From the IMG/VR virus record IMGVR_UViG_646564533_000005: 64,000 nucleotides of DNA. One strand, 5' to 3'. The DNA comes from a virus (lineage: Duplodnaviria; Heunggongvirae; Uroviricota; Caudoviricetes). Positions 21,721-31,964 of this stretch are shown here, one piece after another. A model generated the notes under the pieces. The model had not been told where the DNA came from, made no database searches, and saw nothing but the letters and a program-made list of their open reading frames with translations. Each line of letters starts with the position of its first letter. The first letter of the stretch is position 1. Made by a program: the position numbers and the translations under genes.

Positions 21721-21870
21721 GGGCGGCGACCTCGCGGGTTTTCGCTATTTATGAAAATTTTCCGGGATCCATGTCCGGTTTCTCTGCAAGTTAACTATAT
21801 GAAAAATATAAAAACAGGCTGTCCGTGAACCGGACATGTGCAAAAAACGGACATGTAAACCGGACATGAC
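21721..21870. other. cos site: lambda-type cosN (GGGCGGCGACCT, 21721-21732) plus divergent cosB with repeated CGGACATG elements
   Basis: first about 50 bp matches the lambda left end (GGGCGGCGACCTCGCGGGTTTTCGCTATTTATGAAAATTTTCCGG); four copies of the (C)CGGACATG motif follow. Confidence 0.8.
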
Positions 21871-21915
21871 CGGTTTTGTGCTGATTGTGAGGTAAGAGTT
21901 TTTGCGAGGTGAGGA

Positions 21916-22425
21916 GTGGCTACGCAGACTGAAGTTGCCAGGCATTTGAGTCTGACCGATCGCCAGCTTCGCAGATTGCAGAAATTACCGGGTGCCCCGA
22001 TCTCGAATAAGCGAGGGCAACTGGATCTGGATGCCTGGCGCGATTTTTACATATCGTATCTGAGAAGAAGTAAAAACGATGTGCCTGATGGCGATAGCAA
22101 AGAAGACTATGAAGAGAAATTGCTTATTGCCAGATGGGAACTGACAGCAGAACAGGCTGTTACACAGCAGTTAAAAAATGAGGTGTCAAAAGGAAAACTG
22201 ATTGACACCGGGTTCTGTATTTTTGCCCTCAGTAAGCTGGCAATGGCGTTATCCAGTACGCTTGATTCCATCCCTTTATCCATGCAGCGACAGTTTCCTG
22301 ATTTAACACCGCGCCATCTTGACCATCTGAAAAACCTTATTGCTAAGGGGGCAAATCAGTGTGCGCGGGCAGGGGATAAATTACCGGATTTACTTGATGA
22401 ATATATCAGAGCAACAACTGAATAA
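21916..22425 (+). CDS. nu1: terminase small subunit (Nu1 analogue, non-lambda specificity)
   Basis: 169-aa ORF immediately after cos, GTG start with SD; C-terminal part weakly Nu1-like. Confidence 0.65.
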   Translation: MATQTEVARHLSLTDRQLRRLQKLPGAPISNKRGQLDLDAWRDFYISYLRRSKNDVPDGDSKEDYEEKLLIARWELTAEQAVTQQLKNEVSKGKLIDTGFCIFALSKLAMALSSTLDSIPLSMQRQFPDLTPRHLDHLKNLIAKGANQCARAGDKLPDLLDEYIRATTE

Positions 22426-24325
22426 TATGATGAGCGCTGTCACAACTGCATTACAGCCCCTGATAAGGGCATTGCCGGTGACGCCAGTTGAATGGGCTGA
22501 TCAAAATTATTATCTGCCTAAAGAATCTTCATATGGTGAGGGAGAATGGAAAACGCTGCCATTCCAGATCGCCATCATGAACAGCATGGGGAATGATCAG
22601 ATCCGCACTGTTAATCTGATTAAATCTGCCCGTGTTGGCTATACAAAGATGTTGCTGGGGGTGGTCGGGTATTTTATTGAGCATAAATCCCGAAACAGTC
22701 TGCTTTTTCAGCCCACGGATTCTGCCGCTGAAGATTTTATGAAGTCTCACGTGGAGGCGACGATTCGGGACGTGCCATGCCTGAAAGTCATTTCCCCATG
22801 GCTGGGACGTAAACATCGTGACAATACTCTCACGCTGAAACGCTTTTCATCTGGCGTCGGTTTCTGGTGCCTGGGCGGCGCTGCCGCCAAAAACTACCGT
22901 GAAAAATCCGTGGATGTGGTCTGCTATGACGAACTTTCCTCGTTCGAACCGGATGTCGAAAAAGAGGGCTCGCCAACCCTGCTGGGGGATAAACGTATTG
23001 AGGGCTCTGTATGGCCAAAATCCATTCGCGGCTCAACGCCTAAAATCAAAGGCACCTGTCAGATCGAAAAAGCCGCTAACGAGTCGGCACATTTCATGCG
23101 TTTTTATGTGCCCTGCCCGCATTGTGGGGAGGAGCAGTATCTGAAATTTGGCGATGAGTCCACGCCTTTTGGCCTTAAATGGGAGAAGGACAGACCCGAA
23201 AGTGCTTTCTACCTTTGTGAGCATCATGGCTGTGTGATCCATCAGTCTGAGCTTGACCAGAGTAACGGGCGGTGGATCTGTGAAAACTCGGGCATGTGGA
23301 CCCGTGACGGCCTGATGTTTTTCAGCGCCCGGGGTGATGAAATTCCGCCGCCGCGCTCCATCACGTTCCATATCTGGACTGCGTACAGTCCGTTCACCAC
23401 CTGGGTACAGATAGTCTATGACTGGCTGGATGCACTGAAAGATCCCAACGGCGTGAAAACCTTTGTGAACACCACGCTGGGCGAGACCTGGGAAGAGGCC
23501 GTGGGCGAAAAACTCGATCACCAGGTACTGATGGATAAGGTTGTTCATTACACGGCGGCGGTGCCTGCCCGGGCGGTTTATCTGACGGCGGGCATTGACT
23601 CGCAGCGAAACCGTTTTGAGATGTATGTCTGGGGATGGGCTCCGGGAGAGGAAGCCTTTCTGGTGGATAAAATCATTATTATGGGACGTCCCGATGAAGA
23701 AGAGACGCTGTTACGTGTGGATGCGGCGATCAATAAAAAATACCGTCATGCAGACGGAACAGAAATGACCATTTCCCGTATCTGCTGGGACATCGGGGGG
23801 ATCGATGGCGAAATCGTTTATCAGAGGTCAAAAAAACACGGTGTTTTCCGGGTGCTGCCGGTAAAAGGCGCATCTGTCTATGGCAAGCCGGTGATCACCA
23901 TGCCAAAAAACCGCAATCAGCGGGGTGTGTATCTGTGTGAAGTGGGGACGGACACCGCAAAAGAAATTCTTTATGCCCGTATGAAAGCCGATCCCACACC
24001 TGCAGATGAAGCCACATCGTATGCCATCCGTTTTCCTGATGATCCGGATATTTTTTCGCAGACAGAGGCGCAGCAACTGGTGGCGGAAGAGCTTGTGGAG
24101 AAGTGGGAAAAAGGAAAGATGCGCCTGCTGTGGGATAACAAAAAGCGGCGTAACGAAGCGCTGGACTGCCTGGTGTATGCCTACGCGGCATTACGTGTGT
24201 CCGTGCAACGCTGGCAGCTTGATCTGGCTGTACTGGCAAAATCCCGGGAGGAAGAGACGACCCGGCCAACCCTTGAAGAACTGGCAGCGAAGCTGTCCGG
24301 AGGAGTGAATGGTAACAGTCGCTGA
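22397..24325 (+). CDS. A: terminase large subunit (gpA)
   Basis: near-collinear with lambda gpA (Walker A and endonuclease regions). Confidence 0.95.
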   Translation: MNISEQQLNNMMSAVTTALQPLIRALPVTPVEWADQNYYLPKESSYGEGEWKTLPFQIAIMNSMGNDQIRTVNLIKSARVGYTKMLLGVVGYFIEHKSRNSLLFQPTDSAAEDFMKSHVEATIRDVPCLKVISPWLGRKHRDNTLTLKRFSSGVGFWCLGGAAAKNYREKSVDVVCYDELSSFEPDVEKEGSPTLLGDKRIEGSVWPKSIRGSTPKIKGTCQIEKAANESAHFMRFYVPCPHCGEEQYLKFGDESTPFGLKWEKDRPESAFYLCEHHGCVIHQSELDQSNGRWICENSGMWTRDGLMFFSARGDEIPPPRSITFHIWTAYSPFTTWVQIVYDWLDALKDPNGVKTFVNTTLGETWEEAVGEKLDHQVLMDKVVHYTAAVPARAVYLTAGIDSQRNRFEMYVWGWAPGEEAFLVDKIIIMGRPDEEETLLRVDAAINKKYRHADGTEMTISRICWDIGGIDGEIVYQRSKKHGVFRVLPVKGASVYGKPVITMPKNRNQRGVYLCEVGTDTAKEILYARMKADPTPADEATSYAIRFPDDPDIFSQTEAQQLVAEELVEKWEKGKMRLLWDNKKRRNEALDCLVYAYAALRVSVQRWQLDLAVLAKSREEETTRPTLEELAAKLSGGVNGNSR

Positions 24326-24515
24326 ACTGCAGGCGCTGCGTCAGGCGCGCCTTGATTTATTAACCGGTAAACGGGTGGTGTCGGTCCAGAAAGACGGTCG
24401 CAGAATTGAATATACGGCAGCCTCTCTGGATGAGCTTAACCGTGCGATCAATGATGCGGAGTCAGTTCTGGGGACAACCCACCGCCGCCGTCGTCCGCTG
24501 GGAGTGAGGTTATGA
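24309..24515 (+). CDS. W: head-tail joining protein W
   Basis: 68 aa, ...LLTGKRVVSVQKDGRRIEYTAASLDEL... lambda gpW-like. Confidence 0.8.
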   Translation: MVTVAELQALRQARLDLLTGKRVVSVQKDGRRIEYTAASLDELNRAINDAESVLGTTHRRRRPLGVRL

Positions 24516-26104
24516 AACGAACGCCAGTCCTGATTGATGTGAATGGCGTTCCGCTTCGTGAGAGTCTCAGCTACAACGGGGGCGGCGCAGGATTTGGCGG
24601 GCAAATGGCGGAGTGGTTACCACCGGCGCAGAGTGCTGATGCGGCTCTGTTGCCTGCATTGCGTCTGGGGAATGCCCGGGCAGATGATCTGGTACGCAAT
24701 AACGGTATCGCGGCCAATGCAGTGGCCCTGCATAAGGATCATATTGTCGGGCACATGTTTCTTATCAGTTACCGTCCCAACTGGCGCTGGCTTGGGATGC
24801 GGGAGACCTCAGCAAAAAGTTTTGTCGATGAGGTGGAAGCGGCCTGGTCGGAATATGCAGAAGGGATGTTTGGCGAGATCGATGCGGAAGGTAAACGCAC
24901 ATTTACGGAGTTTATCCGTGAAGGTGTGGGCGTTCATGCGTTTAACGGCGAAATCTTTGTGCAGCCGGTCTGGGATACGGAGACCACGCAGTTATTTCGT
25001 ACGCGTTTTAAAGCCGTAAGTCCGAAACGGGTGGACACGCCAGGACACGGTATAGGGAACCGCTTTCTGCGGGCCGGGGTGGAGGTCGATCGGTATGGAC
25101 GGGCCGTTGCGTACCATATCTGTGAGGATGATTTTCCGTCCTCTGGAAGTGGACGCTGGGAGCGGATCCCGCGTGAACTTCTCACCGGACGTCCGGCCAT
25201 GCTGCATATTTTCGAGCCGGTGGAGGATGGGCAGAGTCGTGGGGCTAATCAGTTTTATAGCGTCATGGAGCGTCTGAAGATGCTCGACTCCCTGCAGGCC
25301 ACGCAGCTCCAGTCGGCCATAGTGAAAGCCATGTATGCGGCCACAATCGAAAGTGAACTTGATACTGAAAAAGCATTTGAATATATCGCGGGTGCGCCGC
25401 AAGGTCAGCAGGATAATCCGCTTATTAATATTCTGGAGAAGTTCACCCGCTGGTATGACACGAATAACGTGACGCTGGGCGGCGTCAAAATTCCGCACCT
25501 TTTTCCCGGGGATGATCTGAAACTGCAGACTGCGCAGGATTCAGACAATGGATTTTCTGCGCTTGAACAGGCGTTGTTGCGGTATATAGCCGCCGGTCTT
25601 GGCGTTTCCTACGAACAGTTGTCCCGTGATTACTCGAAGGTCAGTTACTCAAGTGCCCGCGCCTCAGCCAATGAGTCGTGGCGTTATTTTATGGGACGGC
25701 GAAAATTTATTGCTTCCCGGCTGGCCACGCAGATGTTTTCCTGCTGGCTGGAAGAGGCGCTTCTTCGGGGAATTATCCGCCTGCCACGGGCGCGTTTTGA
25801 TTTTTATCAGGCGCGTTCTGCCTGGTCACGGGCAGAGTGGATTGGTTCAGGAAGAATGGCCATTGACGGGCTCAAGGAGGTTCAGGAATCAGTGATGCGC
25901 ATTGAGGCCGGACTGAGCACGTATGAGAAAGAGCTGGCGCTGATGGGTGAGGATTATCAGGAGATTTTCCGCCAGCAGGTCAGGGAATCTGCAGAGCGGG
26001 AAAAAGCCGGACTCTCACGTCCGGTGTGGATAGCGCAGGCGTATCAGCAGCAGATAGCGGAGAGTCGCAGGCCGGAAGAGGAGACAACACCACGTGAGAC
26101 GTAA
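24512..26104 (+). CDS. B: portal protein (gpB)
   Basis: 530 aa, lambda gpB-like. Confidence 0.95.
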   Translation: MKRTPVLIDVNGVPLRESLSYNGGGAGFGGQMAEWLPPAQSADAALLPALRLGNARADDLVRNNGIAANAVALHKDHIVGHMFLISYRPNWRWLGMRETSAKSFVDEVEAAWSEYAEGMFGEIDAEGKRTFTEFIREGVGVHAFNGEIFVQPVWDTETTQLFRTRFKAVSPKRVDTPGHGIGNRFLRAGVEVDRYGRAVAYHICEDDFPSSGSGRWERIPRELLTGRPAMLHIFEPVEDGQSRGANQFYSVMERLKMLDSLQATQLQSAIVKAMYAATIESELDTEKAFEYIAGAPQGQQDNPLINILEKFTRWYDTNNVTLGGVKIPHLFPGDDLKLQTAQDSDNGFSALEQALLRYIAAGLGVSYEQLSRDYSKVSYSSARASANESWRYFMGRRKFIASRLATQMFSCWLEEALLRGIIRLPRARFDFYQARSAWSRAEWIGSGRMAIDGLKEVQESVMRIEAGLSTYEKELALMGEDYQEIFRQQVRESAEREKAGLSRPVWIAQAYQQQIAESRRPEEETTPRET

Positions 26105-27599
26105 TCTTTCACACATTATTGCCGCAGCATTCAATGAACCGCTGCTTCTGGAGCCCGCCTATGCGCGGGTTTTCTTTTGCGCGCTCGGGCGCGAGATGGG
26201 GGCAGCAAGTCTTTCGGTACCACAACAGCAGGTACAGTTTGATGCTCCCGGAATGCTGGCTGAAACGGACGAGTACATGGCCGGAGGTAAACGACCGGCC
26301 CGTGTTTACAGGGTGGTGAACGGTATTGCTGTACTGCCGGTGACCGGCACGCTGGTGCACCGGCTGGGTGGTATGCGGCCATTTTCCGGAATGACAGGCT
26401 ATGACGGTATTGTCGCCTGTCTTCAGCAGGCAATGGCGGATAGCCAGGTGCGGGGCGTACTGCTGGACATTGACAGTCCGGGCGGGCAGGCCGCCGGCGC
26501 GTTTGACTGCGCTGACATTATTTACCGCCTCCGTCAGCAGAAGCCGGTCTGGGCACTGTGCAATGACACGGCCTGTTCTGCAGCCATGCTGCTGGCGTCG
26601 GCCTGCTCCCGACGACTGGTTACCCAGACATCCCGTATCGGCTCCATTGGCGTGATGATGAGCCATGTCAGCTATGCCGGTCATCTGGCGCAGGGCGGTG
26701 TGGATATCACGCTGATTTACTCAGGGGCGCACAAGGTGGATGGCAATCAGTTTGAAGCGTTGCCGGCAGAGGTTCGCCAGGACATGCAGCAGCGGATTGA
26801 TGCGGCGCGCCGGATGTTTGCCGAAAAAGTGGCGATGTTTACCGGTCTGTCTGTTGATGCAGTCACGGGAACAGAGGCCGCCGTTTTTGAAGGTCAGTCT
26901 GGCATTGAGGCCGGGCTGGCGGATGAATTAATCAATGCGTCGGATGCCATCAGTGTGATGGCCACGGCGCTGAACAGTAATGTCAGAGGAGGCACTATGC
27001 CGCAATTAACTGCAACGGAAGCCGCCGCGCAGGAGAACCAGCGAGTGATGGGGATCCTGACATGCCAGGAAGCGAAAGGACGTGAACAGCTTGCCACGAT
27101 GCTGGCAGGACAACAGGGCATGAGCGTTGAACAGGCCCGGGCGATTCTGGCCGCGGCGGCACCGCAGCAGCCGGTGGCATCCACGCAGAGTGAAGCCGAT
27201 CGCATTATGGCGTGTGAAGAAGCGAACGGTCGTGAACAACTGGCGGCAACGCTGGCGGCGATGCCGGAGATGACGGTGGAAAAAGCCCGCCCGATCCTGG
27301 CTGCTTCACCGCAGGCGGATGCCGGACCATCACTCCGTGATCAGATCATGGCACTGGATGAGGCAAAAGGGGCTGAGGCGCAGGCTGAACAGCTGGCTGC
27401 CTGCCCGGGAATGACTGTGGAGAGCGCCCGGGCTGTGCTGGCTGCGGGATCAGGTAAGGCAGAACCGGTCTCTGCATCCACAACCGCCATGTTTGAACAT
27501 TTCATGGCGAACCATTCACCGACAGCGGTACAGGGTGGCGTGCCACAGACGTCAGCAGACGGTGATGCGGACGTAAAAATGCTCATGGCCATGCCATGA
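26094..27599 (+). CDS. C: head maturation protease/scaffold (gpC with nested Nu3-like C-terminus)
   Basis: S49 peptidase region plus C-terminal Ala/Glu-rich segment with three about 34-aa repeats. Confidence 0.9.
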   Translation: MRRNLSHIIAAAFNEPLLLEPAYARVFFCALGREMGAASLSVPQQQVQFDAPGMLAETDEYMAGGKRPARVYRVVNGIAVLPVTGTLVHRLGGMRPFSGMTGYDGIVACLQQAMADSQVRGVLLDIDSPGGQAAGAFDCADIIYRLRQQKPVWALCNDTACSAAMLLASACSRRLVTQTSRIGSIGVMMSHVSYAGHLAQGGVDITLIYSGAHKVDGNQFEALPAEVRQDMQQRIDAARRMFAEKVAMFTGLSVDAVTGTEAAVFEGQSGIEAGLADELINASDAISVMATALNSNVRGGTMPQLTATEAAAQENQRVMGILTCQEAKGREQLATMLAGQQGMSVEQARAILAAAAPQQPVASTQSEADRIMACEEANGREQLAATLAAMPEMTVEKARPILAASPQADAGPSLRDQIMALDEAKGAEAQAEQLAACPGMTVESARAVLAAGSGKAEPVSASTTAMFEHFMANHSPTAVQGGVPQTSADGDADVKMLMAMP

Positions 27600-27635
27600 A
27601 GTCAGTGCTGACCATCAACAGGAGGTTTTTACAAT

Positions 27636-27983
27636 ATGGTGACGAAAACCATCACTGAACAGCGTGCGGAAGTACGTATTTTTGCCGGTAATGATCCGGC
27701 TCATACCGCCACAGGCAGCAGCGGGATTTCCTCGCCAACACCGGCACTGACGCCCCTGATGCTGGATGAAGCCACCGGGAAACTGGTGGTCTGGGACGGA
27801 CAGAAAGCCGGTAGTGCGGTTGGCATACTGGTACTGCCGCTTGAAGGCACAGAGACGGCGCTGACGTATTACAAGTCGGGAACCTTTGCGACGGAGGCAA
27901 TCCACTGGCCTGAAAGTGTGGATGAACACAAAAAGGCAAATGCCTTTGCCGGCAGTGCCCTGAGTCACGCGGCGCTGCCGTAA
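27636..27983 (+). CDS. D: head decoration protein (gpD)
   Basis: ...GNDPAHTATGSSG...PLMLD...KLVVWDG... lambda gpD-like. Confidence 0.85.
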   Translation: MVTKTITEQRAEVRIFAGNDPAHTATGSSGISSPTPALTPLMLDEATGKLVVWDGQKAGSAVGILVLPLEGTETALTYYKSGTFATEAIHWPESVDEHKKANAFAGSALSHAALP

Positions 27984-28040
27984 CACGTTATCAGGCCACC
28001 GCGGTGGCCTGACTGATTTCTGAATGAAAGGAACTGATTT

Positions 28041-29069
28041 ATGGGATTGTTTACGACCCGCCAGTTACTCGGTTATACCGAACAAAAAGTTAAATTTCGT
28101 GCGCTGTTTCTGGAGCTGTTTTTCCGCCGTACAGTGAATTTCCATACCGAAGAGGTGATGCTGGACAAAATTACCGGAAAAACGCCGGTGGCGGCCTATG
28201 TCTCCCCGGTTGTTGAAGGAAAAGTGCTGCGTCATCGTGGTGGTGAAACCCGCGTGTTGCGTCCGGGCTACGTCAAGCCGAAACACGAATTTAATTACCA
28301 GCAGGCGGTTGAGCGCCTTCCTGGTGAAGATCCATCTCAACTGAATGATCCGGCTTACCGCCGTCTGCGTATCATTACCGATAACCTCAAACAGGAAGAG
28401 CACGCGATTGTCCAGGTGGAAGAAATGCAGGCGGTAAATGCTGTGTTGTATGGCAAATACACTATGGAAGGAGACCAGTTCGAGAAAATTGAGGTCGATT
28501 TTGGCAGGTCGACGAAGAATAACATCACTCAGGGTAGTGGTAAGGAGTGGTCAAAACAGGATCGTGACACGTTCGATCCTACACATGATATTGACCTCTA
28601 CTGCGACCAGGCCAGCGGTCTTGTGAATATTGCCATTATGGACGGTACCGTCTGGCGTCTTCTGAATGGTTTTAAGCTGTTCCGCGAAAAACTGGATACC
28701 CGTCGCGGTTCAAATTCTCAACTCGAAACGGCAGTGAAAGATCTGGGCGCAGTGGTGTCCTTCAAGGGGTATTACGGCGATCTGGCTATTGTTGTGGCGA
28801 AAACGTCTTATATAGCAGAAGACGGTATCGAAAAACGTTATCTTCCAGATGGCATGCTGGTTCTGGGGAATACTGCTGCAGATGGGATCCGTTGTTACGG
28901 TGCCATTCAGGATGCTCAGGCGTTGTCCGAAGGTGTGGTGGCCTCTTCCCGTTATCCGAAACACTGGCTGACGGTAGGGGATCCCGCCCGTGAATTTACC
29001 ATGACGCAGTCCGCGCCGCTGATGGTGTTGCCGGACCCGGATGAGTTTGTGGTGGTACAGGTGAAATAA
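28041..29069 (+). CDS. E: major capsid protein (gpE)
   Basis: 342 aa collinear with lambda gpE. Confidence 0.95.
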   Translation: MGLFTTRQLLGYTEQKVKFRALFLELFFRRTVNFHTEEVMLDKITGKTPVAAYVSPVVEGKVLRHRGGETRVLRPGYVKPKHEFNYQQAVERLPGEDPSQLNDPAYRRLRIITDNLKQEEHAIVQVEEMQAVNAVLYGKYTMEGDQFEKIEVDFGRSTKNNITQGSGKEWSKQDRDTFDPTHDIDLYCDQASGLVNIAIMDGTVWRLLNGFKLFREKLDTRRGSNSQLETAVKDLGAVVSFKGYYGDLAIVVAKTSYIAEDGIEKRYLPDGMLVLGNTAADGIRCYGAIQDAQALSEGVVASSRYPKHWLTVGDPAREFTMTQSAPLMVLPDPDEFVVVQVK

Positions 29070-29120
29070 TCCGTGAGCGGGGGCGAAATGCCTCCGTGTC
29101 TTTTTTCACAGGGGGCTGGT

Positions 29121-29495
29121 ATGGCAACGAAAGAGCAAAATCTGAAACGGCTTGATGAACTGGCCCTGATTCTGGGGCGTGAGCCGGATATATCCGGGAG
29201 TGCCGCAGAGATAGCGCAGCGGGTGGCAGAATGGGAAGAGGAAATGCAGTCATCCGGTGATGATGTACAGGTTATGAATATGGATATCCGGGAGCGGGAA
29301 ACCGCGGCTCATGATGTTCGTGAGGAAACATCCGGCGCGTTAACGCGCATCAGAGTTCTGACCTGCCTCCATCTCTGTGGCGTTGATGGAGAAACGGGGG
29401 AATCCGTTGAGCTTGCGGATGTTGGTCGGGTGATTCTGATTATGTCCTCAGATGCAAAAACACACGTTGATGGTGGAATGGCTGTTTATGCGTGA
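29121..29495 (+). CDS. FI: DNA packaging protein FI
   Basis: position and acidic composition; start set at the internal ATG with context. Confidence 0.65.
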   Translation: MATKEQNLKRLDELALILGREPDISGSAAEIAQRVAEWEEEMQSSGDDVQVMNMDIRERETAAHDVREETSGALTRIRVLTCLHLCGVDGETGESVELADVGRVILIMSSDAKTHVDGGMAVYA

Positions 29496-29841
29496 TTTTC
29501 AGAATGCCTTTGATGCCGCCCTTGCCGGGGTGGACAGTACGATTGTTGAAGTGATGGGCATCAGTGCGCAGTTCACCTCCGGTGCACAGCGTGGCGGCGA
29601 GGTTCATGGCGTTTTTGACGATCCGGAGTCGCTGGGTTTTGCCAGTAGTGGGATCCGTATTGAAGGAAGTAATCCGTCATTATTTGTGCTTACGGATACG
29701 GTTTGTGCTGTACGGCGTGGTGACACGCTGACCATTAACGGCGAGATGTTCTGGGTGGACCGTGTTTCTCCGGATGACGGAGGGAGTTGTTATCTCTGGC
29801 TTGGGCGGGGCGTACCGCCTGCCGTTAACCGTCGCCGCTGA
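29488..29841 (+). CDS. FII: head-tail connector FII
   Basis: C-terminus ...FWVDRVSPDDGGSCYLWLGRGVPPAVNRRR matches lambda FII. Confidence 0.85.
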   Translation: MRDFQNAFDAALAGVDSTIVEVMGISAQFTSGAQRGGEVHGVFDDPESLGFASSGIRIEGSNPSLFVLTDTVCAVRRGDTLTINGEMFWVDRVSPDDGGSCYLWLGRGVPPAVNRRR

Positions 29842-29852
29842 CAGGGGGATGT

Positions 29853-30386
29853 ATGACCATCAGAGGCCTTGAGCAGGCTGTTGAAAACCTCAGACGCATC
29901 AGCAAAACGGCAGTGCCCGGTGCCTCCGCAATGGCCATTAACCGCGTGGCCACAACGGCAATGAATCAGTCGGCGTCACAGGTTGCCCGTGAGACAAAGG
30001 TGCGGCGAAAACTGGTAAAGGAAAGGGCCAGACTGAAAAAGGCCACGGTCAAAAATCCGCACGTAAAAATCATTGTTAACCGCGGTGATTTACCTGTCAT
30101 CAAACTGGGGATACGGATCACCGGAAGTCGTCCCAACAGTACGCTACGGGCCGGTCAGCATCGTTATCAGCGGGCATTTATCCAGCGATTAAAAAATGGT
30201 CGCTGGCATGTCATGCAGCGTGTGGCCGGGAAAAACCGTTACCCCATTGATGTGGTGAAAATCCCGATGGCGGCGCCGCTGACCACGGCGTTTAAACAGA
30301 ATATTGAACAGATACGGCGTGAACGTTTGCCGAAAGAACTGGAATACGCCCTGAAACAACAACTGAGAATTGCGATAAAGCGATGA
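29853..30386 (+). CDS. Z: minor tail protein Z
   Basis: 177 aa, lambda gpZ-like. Confidence 0.9.
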   Translation: MTIRGLEQAVENLRRISKTAVPGASAMAINRVATTAMNQSASQVARETKVRRKLVKERARLKKATVKNPHVKIIVNRGDLPVIKLGIRITGSRPNSTLRAGQHRYQRAFIQRLKNGRWHVMQRVAGKNRYPIDVVKIPMAAPLTTAFKQNIEQIRRERLPKELEYALKQQLRIAIKR

Positions 30387-30778
30387 AACATACGGATATC
30401 CGTGCAGCCGTACTGGATGCACTGGAGAAACATGACACCGGGGCGACGTTTTTTGATGGTCGCCCCGCTGTTTTTGATGAGGCGGATTTTCCGGCAGTTG
30501 CCGTTTATCTCACCGGCGCTGAATACACGGGCGAAGAGCTGGACTGCGATACCTGGCAGGCGGAGCTGCATATTGAAGTTTTTCTGCCTGCTCAGGTGCC
30601 GGATTCAGAGCTGGACACGTGGATGGAGTCCCGGATTTACCCGGTGATGAGCGATATCCCGGCACTGTCAGATTTGATCACCAGTATGGTGGCCAGCGGC
30701 TATGACTACCGGCGCGATGATGATGTGGGCCTGTGGAGTTCAGCCGATCTGACTTATGTCATTACCTATGAAATGTGA
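30383..30778 (+). CDS. U: tail terminator U
   Basis: 131 aa, lambda gpU-like. Confidence 0.9.
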   Translation: MKHTDIRAAVLDALEKHDTGATFFDGRPAVFDEADFPAVAVYLTGAEYTGEELDCDTWQAELHIEVFLPAQVPDSELDTWMESRIYPVMSDIPALSDLITSMVASGYDYRRDDDVGLWSSADLTYVITYEM

Positions 30779-30785
30779 GGACGAT

Positions 30786-31526
30786 ATGCCTGTACCAAAT
30801 CCAGCAATACCGGTGAAAGGTGCCGGAACCACCCTGTGGGTTTATAACGGAAACGGCGACCCTTATGCGAACCCGCTTTCAGACGTTGACTGGTCGCGTC
30901 TGGCAAAAGTTAAAGACCTGACGCCCGGCGAACTGACCGCGGAGTCCTATGACGACAGCTATCTCGATGATGAAGATGCGGACTGGACTGCGACCGGGCA
31001 GGGGCAGAAATCCGCCGGAGATACCAGCTTCACGCTGGCGTGGATGCCCGGAGAGCAGGGGCAGCAGGCGCTGCTGGCGTGGTTTAATGAAGGTGATACC
31101 CGTGCCTATAAAATCCGCTTCCCGAACGGCACGGTCGATGTGTTCCGTGGCTGGGTCAGCAGTATCGGTAAGGCGGTGACGGCGAAGGAAGTGATCACCC
31201 GTACGGTGAAGGTCACCAATGTGGGCCGTCCGTCAATGGCAGAAGATCGCAGTACGGTGACGGCGGCAACCGGTATGACCGTGACGCCTGCCAGCTCCTC
31301 GGTGGTGAAAGGGCAGGGCACTACGCTGACCGTGGCATTCCAGCCGGAGGGCGCAACTGACAAGAGCTTCCGTGCGGTGTCAGCGGATAAAACAAAAGCC
31401 ACCGTGTCGGTCAGTGGTATGACCATCACCGTGAAAGGCGTTGCTGCAGGTAAGGTCAACATTCCGGTTGTATCCGGTAATGGTGAACTTGCTGCGGTTG
31501 CAGAAATCACTGTCACCGACAGTTAA
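30786..31526 (+). CDS. V: major tail protein V (with C-terminal Ig-like domain)
   Basis: [20 protein letters not shown]... lambda gpV-like. Confidence 0.95.
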   Translation: MPVPNPAIPVKGAGTTLWVYNGNGDPYANPLSDVDWSRLAKVKDLTPGELTAESYDDSYLDDEDADWTATGQGQKSAGDTSFTLAWMPGEQGQQALLAWFNEGDTRAYKIRFPNGTVDVFRGWVSSIGKAVTAKEVITRTVKVTNVGRPSMAEDRSTVTAATGMTVTPASSSVVKGQGTTLTVAFQPEGATDKSFRAVSADKTKATVSVSGMTITVKGVAAGKVNIPVVSGNGELAAVAEITVTDS

Positions 31527-31541
31527 TCCGGAGAGTCAGCG

Positions 31542-31964
31542 ATGTTCCTGAAAACCGAATCATTTGAACATAACGGCGTGACCGTCACGCTTTCTGAACT
31601 GTCAGCCCTGCAGCGTATTGAGCATCTCGCCCTGATGAAACGGCAGGCAGAACAGGCGGAGTCAGACAGCAACCGGAAGTTTACTGTGGAAGACGCCATC
31701 AGAACCGGTGCTTTTGTGGTAGCGATGTCCCTGTGGCATAACCATCCGCAGAAGACAAAGCTGCCTTCCATGAATGAAGCCGTTAAACAGATTGAGCAGG
31801 AAGTGCTTACCACCTGGCCTACAGAGGCAATTTCTCATGCTGAAAACGTGGTGTACCGGCTGTCCGGTATGTATGAGTTTGTGGTGAATGATGCCCCTGA
31901 ACAGGCAGAGGACGCCGGGCCTGCAGAGCCTGTTTCTGCGGGAAAGTGTTCGACGGTGAGCTGA
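31542..31964 (+). CDS. G: tail assembly chaperone G
   Basis: 140 aa; ends just after the GGGAAAG slippery site. Confidence 0.9.
   Translation: MFLKTESFEHNGVTVTLSELSALQRIEHLALMKRQAEQAESDSNRKFTVEDAIRTGAFVVAMSLWHNHPQKTKLPSMNEAVKQIEQEVLTTWPTEAISHAENVVYRLSGMYEFVVNDAPEQAEDAGPAEPVSAGKCSTVS
31940..31946 (+). promoter_or_regulatory. G GGA AAG -1 programmed ribosomal frameshift site (G to G-T fusion)
   Basis: heptamer sits in the G frame 6 codons before the G stop; the -1 frame continues into T. Confidence 0.8.

Noticed and set aside
21765-21770. GGATCC (BamHI) site inside cosB that looked like a possible cloning junction
   Set aside because: Flanking sequence is continuous with natural cos elements, and the rest of the prophage is not lambda-identical.
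21771-21868. Short repeated CGGACATG motifs that could be mistaken for a repeat array
   Set aside because: Irregular spacing and mixed orientation, located at cos; interpreted as terminase-binding sites, not CRISPR. No CRISPR array or cas gene was seen anywhere in the window.
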